Shown in pieces: positions 56,410 to 64,000 of a stretch of 64,000 nt of DNA. Location of the stretch: NCBI RefSeq assembly GCF_009914755.1, contig NC_060947.1; one strand, given 5' to 3'. Position 1 is the first letter of the stretch. Each line of letters opens with the position of its first letter. This stretch comes from the human T2T-CHM13v2.0 reference genome, Homo sapiens. Under the pieces are notes generated by a model. The model did no database searches and was not told where the DNA came from. It saw nothing but the letters and a program-made list of their open reading frames with translations. A program made the translations under genes and the position numbers.

Positions 56410-56605
56410 TTGCACTTATAGTGTGTCTGCTACTATACTAAGCACTCAAAAAAATTAATCTCATTTGATGACAGAAAACTTTTAAAGTGCCTAAGACTAA
56501 AGTATAGTTAGTAATGAGAAAACTCAGGTTTCAAAAGCTTATGCATCTGTCAAAGATAATACACTACTAGTGGGTCAGGATTTAAAACTAAATCTTCTTG
56601 ACACT
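56410..56605 (-). mobile_element. MIR fragment
   Basis: gtaatgagaaaactcaggtttcaaaagctt...gtcaaagataatacactactagtgggtcaggatttaaaact. Confidence 0.55.
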
Positions 56606-56622
56606 TGAATTATGAGTGTTTT

Positions 56623-56624
<2 letters not shown>

Positions 56625-56660
<36 letters not shown>
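56625..56660. repeat. (TG)n microsatellite
   Basis: ~18 perfect TG units. Confidence 0.95.
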
Positions 56661-56663
<3 letters not shown>

Positions 56664-57490
56664 CTCTATGCAATTTAGCACATGTGTATCTTTATATAAC
56701 CTCCTCCACAATCCAGATACTTAACTCTACCGTTAGTACATGATTCCTGGGTGCTACTCTGTTATAATCGCACCATAAAAACCCCACTTCTCCTTAACCA
56801 CTGGCAACCACTAATCTGTTCTCCAACTCTACAATTATATTATTTTACAAATGTTAAATAAATGTAATCATGCAATATGTATCCATTCAAGATTGACTTT
56901 TTTCACTCAGCATAACTTGAGTTACAAACAAGTTGTTCCATATATCAATGGCTCAATTCCTTTTAATTGCTGAGTAGCATTCCCTAGTATATTACAGTTT
57001 GTTTAAATATTCACCTATTGAAGGACATTTGGGTATTTTATAGTTTGGCATTATTACAAATAAAACTGCTATGAATATTTGTGTAAAATATTCCTTATAA
57101 GAATACGGTTTTATTTCTCTGGGATATATGCTTAATAGTGCAATTGTTGAGACATTTGGTAAATTCATTTTTAGTTTTAAAACCATTTTGCAGAGTGGCT
57201 TTCTACATTTTGACCAGCAATGTATTAGTGACTTAGATTCTTAAAATTCTTTACAAAATTATTTTAGTGTTATCATCGTCTTTTTTTATTTTATTCGTTG
57301 TCATAGATATGCACTGATATTTCCTTATGATGGTACCTTGCAATTTCCTAATGGCTAATGATATTGCACATCATTTAATGTGCTTATTTGCTATACATAT
57401 AAGTTGAATTTTTGATAATTTTATTTTTAATGTTGAGTTTTAATACTTATTTTTATGTTCTAGATAGAAGTCCTTTGTCTGATATGGGAG
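56661..57490 (-). mobile_element. L1MC-like 3' end
   Basis: ccactggcaaccactaatctgttctcc; peptide IALLSIYPREIKPY...KCPSIGEYLNKL. Confidence 0.8.
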
Positions 57491-57845
57491 TATGATAGGA
57501 ATAATAATGACTACCACTGCCACCCTTCAAAGATGTCCACATACTAATTGCCAGAATCTAAGAATATGTTACGTTAAAGAGCAAGGGAAATTCATATTTG
57601 CAGACAGAAGTATAAGTGATAATAATTTTACCTTGAAAAAGGGAGATTATCTTGAATTATCTAAAAAGGCCAAACGTAATCACAAAGATCCTTATAAGTA
57701 AAATAGGTAGGCAAAGGAGTCAGAGTCAAAAGAAGAGACATGATTATGGTAATAAAGGTTGCACAGATGCCATTTCTGCCTTTGAACATGGAAGGAGGCC
57801 ATAAACCAAGAAATTAGAAGAGGCTTTAGAAGCCAGAAAAGACAA
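57491..57845 (+). mobile_element. MLT1D-like LTR 5' part
   Basis: caaagatgtccacatactaattgccagaatctaagaatatgttacg...gggagattatcttgaattatct. Confidence 0.75.
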
Positions 57846-57884
57846 AACAAAAAAAATGAAAAAACAACAAAAACAGCAGAACTA

Positions 57885-58800
57885 AGATTATTAATTTGAG
57901 ATTATTGCTCTTTTCTAACGTAAGCATTTCGTGGCATAAATTTCTTTCTCAGCACTCCTTTAGCTGCAACTCTCACATTTAAAAATGTATTTAGTTTTCA
58001 TTTTCATTCAGTTCTATATATTTTTTAGTTTTCTTTTATACTTTCTCTTTGAGTCATAGATTATTTAGACATGTCTTGCTTAATTTCCTAGTACTTGCAG
58101 ATTTTTCCCATTGTCTTTAGGTTATTAATTTCTACTTTCATTGTTTTGATCAGAAAACATATTCTGTACAATATAAATGTTTTCTGCATTTGTTAAGTTT
58201 AGTAGCATGATCAAAAATATGTTCTAGCTTGGTGAATGTTCCACGGGTGCTTGGAAAAGAATGTGTACTTTTCTGTTGTAAAGTGGAGTGTTTTATAAAT
58301 GTTAATTTGGTTCTGATGGATGTTGGTATTGTCCAGTTCTTCTATACCATTGATGATTTTCTGACTAGTAGTTATACCAATGGCTAGGTGTGAGTTACTG
58401 AAGTCTTCATTTCTGGATTTTTAAATTACTGATTTAGCTCTCTCAAATTTTGCTGTATGTATTTTTAAGTGTTTTTTTTTTGGGTGCACACAATTTTAAA
58501 TTACAATACATTCTTGGTAGATTAATCCTATTATGATTAAATAGTGTATTTTACACCTAGGAAGCTTCTTTGTTTGTTTTATATTAAAATACCCACTCTT
58601 TTTGCTAATATGCCTCTTTTAATTTTTTTGCTTTCAACCTATTTATGTCATTGAGATTGCAGTGAGTTTCTTATAGATAGTGTAGAGTTACATCCTGTTT
58701 TATTTTTGAATCAACTCTGCCAATCTCTGTCTTTTAATTGGTGGGTTTATACCTTTTACATTCAATGTAATGATTGGTATGTTGCTTCTATGTCTGCAAC
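57885..58800 (-). mobile_element. Old L1 (L1MC/MD-like) ORF2 EN-region fragment
   Basis: ataaatttctttctcagcactcctttagctgc; gaatgttccacgggtgcttggaaaagaatgtgta. Confidence 0.75.
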
Positions 58801-59344
58801 TTTATTTTGTTTTAAAATTTTTCCCCAGCTGTATTGAAATATAATTAACAATTTTAAGTTGTATAGAATCAAATTACACAATATGATAATTATATATATA
58901 ATTATATATAATGCAATAATTGCCAAAATCAAATTAATTAATATATTCATCTTATGTTAATATCATAGTTAACATATTCATCCATTTGTATATGTGGTAA
59001 GTACATTAAGTTCTACTCTCCTAGAAAAAATTAAGTATACATTATTATTATCAATAGTCATCATGCTGTACATAAGATGTCCAGAAATTATTCATCTTGT
59101 AACTAAAAATTTCTACCCTTTGACTAACATTTATAATTTATCCCATACCCAAGCCTTTGGCAGCCACTATTATACTCTCTGCTTCCATGAGTTTGCCTTT
59201 ATTTTAAGTTCCAAATATAAGTGAGATCATACAGTACTTCTCTTTCTGTGTCTGGCTTATCTTACTTCATATAATGACCTTCAGGTTCATCCATGTTATT
59301 GCAAATGGCAGGATTCCTTGCTCTTTGTAGCCAAATAGTATTCC
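58801..59344 (-). mobile_element. L1MA9/10-like 3' end
   Basis: gtcatcatgctgtacataagatgtccagaaattattcatcttgtaactaaaa; gttcatccatgttattgcaaatggcagg. Confidence 0.8.
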
Positions 59345-60332
59345 ATTGAATGGGCAAAAGTACTTGTGGTTTCACATCATTAATTTTAAATCATTATAAC
59401 TAGGCTCTAACACATCTTTATTAATCAAAATAGGAACCATTAAAATCAATACATTTTTTGCCACTGTTAAATAAGTTTGTTTATTGCTGTAGTGTAAAAC
59501 TCCGTGCTTCAGGATTTGATAAACTCTTGGAAAGCATTTTCTGCATCTTGGTGTTTGTGGAAGCATTTTCCATGCAAAAATTGTCAAGATGCTTGAAGAA
59601 GCGGTAGTCAGTTGGCAAGATGTCAGGTGAATATGGCAAATGTAGCAAAATTTTGTAGCCCAATTTGTTCAATTTTTGAAGTACTGGTTGTGCAACGTGT
59701 GATCTGGTATTGTCATGGACAAGAATTAAGCCCCTTCTGTTGACTAATGCTGTCTGTAGGACTTGCAGTTTTCAGTACATCTTACTGATTTGCTGAGTAT
59801 ACTTCTCAGATTTAATGGTTTCACCAGGATTCAGAAAGCTGTAGTGGGTCAGATTAGGCGCAGAACCAACAGTGACCATGACCTTTGGTGCAAGTTTGGC
59901 TTTGGGAAGTGCTTTGGCTCTTTGTCTCAGTCCAACCACTGAGCTGGTTGTTGCTGGTTGTCATATAAAATCCACTTTTCATCACACATAGTAATCTGAT
60001 TAAAAAATGGTTTATTGTTGTTGCATAGAATAAAAGAAGATGAGACTTCAAAACGATGATTTTTTATTTTTTCTCAGCTCATGAGACACCCATTTATCGA
60101 GCTTCTTCACCTTTCCAATTTGCTTCAAATGCCAAATGACTGTAGAAAGATCAATGTTGACTTCTTCAGCAACTTTTATGTAGTTGTAAGAGGATCAGCT
60201 TCGATGATTGTGATCAACTGGTCATTGTCAACTTTCAATGGGCAGTCAGTACACTCCCTATCTTCAAGGATCTCATAGCCTTTGCAAAACTTCTTGAACC
60301 ACCACTTGTAATGTACGTTGGTTAGCAGTTCC
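59345..60332 (-). mobile_element. HSMAR1 mariner DNA transposon, 5' part missing
   Basis: Degenerate TIR gggcaaaagtacttgtggttt; transposase motif LHLPYSPDILPTDYRFFKHLDNF (59481-59672). Confidence 0.9.
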
Positions 60333-63056
<2,724 letters not shown>

Positions 63057-63077
63057 TGAAAAAATACATATATATAT

Positions 63078-63343
63078 GCAAATCAATAAATGTGATTTAT
63101 CACATAAGCAGAATTAAAACAAAAACCATAGAATCGACTCCATAGACACAGTAAAAGCTCTTACAAAATTCAAGATTCCTTCATGTTGAAAATTCTCAAC
63201 AGACTAGTCATCAAAGGAATGTTCTTCAATATAACAAGAGCCGTCTATGAGGATCCACTAGCCAACTTCATACCAAACAGTCAAGAGCTGGAAGCATTTC
63301 CCTTAAGAACAGGAATGAAGCGAGGATGCCCACTCTCACCATT
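63078..63343 (+). mobile_element. Older L1 ORF2 RT fragment
   Basis: [28 protein letters not shown]...[18 protein letters not shown]. Confidence 0.8.
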
Positions 63344-64000
63344 CTTTTTCTTTTTTAAAAAAATTTTATTATTATTATACTTTAAGTTCTAGGGTACATG
63401 TGCACAACGTGCAGGTTTGTTACATATGTATACATGTGCCATGTTGGTGTGCTGCACCCATGAACTCATCATTTAGCATTAGGTATATCTCCTAATGCTA
63501 TCTCTCCTCCCTCCCCCCACCCCACAACAGTCCCCGGTGTGTGATGTTCCCCTTCCTGTGTCCAAGTGTTCTCATTGTTCAATTCCCACCTATGAGTGAG
63601 AACATGCAGTGTTTGTTTTTTGTCCTTGCAATAGTTTGCTGAGAATGATGGTCTTCAGCTTCAACCATGTCCCTACAAAGGACACGAACTCATCCTTTTT
63701 TATGGCTGCATAGTATTCCATGGTGTATATGTGCCACATTTTCTTAATCCAGTCTATCATTGTTGGACATTTGGGTTGGTTCCACATCTTTGCTATTGTG
63801 AATGGTGTTGCAATAAACATACGTGTGCATGTGTCTTAATAGCAGCTTGATTTATAATTCTTTGTGTATATACCCAGTACTGGGATGGCTGGGTCAAATG
63901 GTATTACTAGTTCTAGATCCCTGAGGAATCACCACACTGACTTCCAGAATGGTTGAACTAGTTTACAGTCCCACCAACAGTGTAAAAGTGTTCCTATTTG
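63344..64000 (-). mobile_element. L1PA4/5-like 3' end running off the window
   Basis: ttattatactttaagttctagggtacatgtgcacaacg; ORF2 C-terminal peptide. Confidence 0.92.

Overview
Human (primate) repeat-saturated, AT-rich DNA with no recognisable host protein-coding exon, RNA gene or CRISPR-like system. By my rough count about 60% of the window is LINE-1 of many ages (L1M/L1MA/L1MC, L1PB/PA13-16, L1PA2-8, L1HS). The rest includes 9 Alu/Alu-monomer copies, MaLR/ERVL LTRs (MLT1, MLT2, MST, THE1), two ERVK-type solo LTRs (LTR14-like, MER11D-like), MIR/L2 relics and both human mariner families (HSMAR2, HSMAR1). The main feature is a full-length, TSD-flanked, human-specific L1HS pre-Ta element (25014-31062, minus strand). 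It has an intact ORF1, and its ORF2 is a single homopolymer base short of open. It sits in a multi-level LTR nest. Other notable structures are a phase-preserved ~30 x 19-bp degenerate tandem array inside an ancient L1 5'UTR, twin-priming-type L1 inversions, closely spaced inverted Alu and L1 pairs, and several TSD-less junctions suggesting deletions. I see no evidence of a new biological system. Subfamily names come from recalled consensus motifs, not a database search, and boundaries of old elements are approximate.
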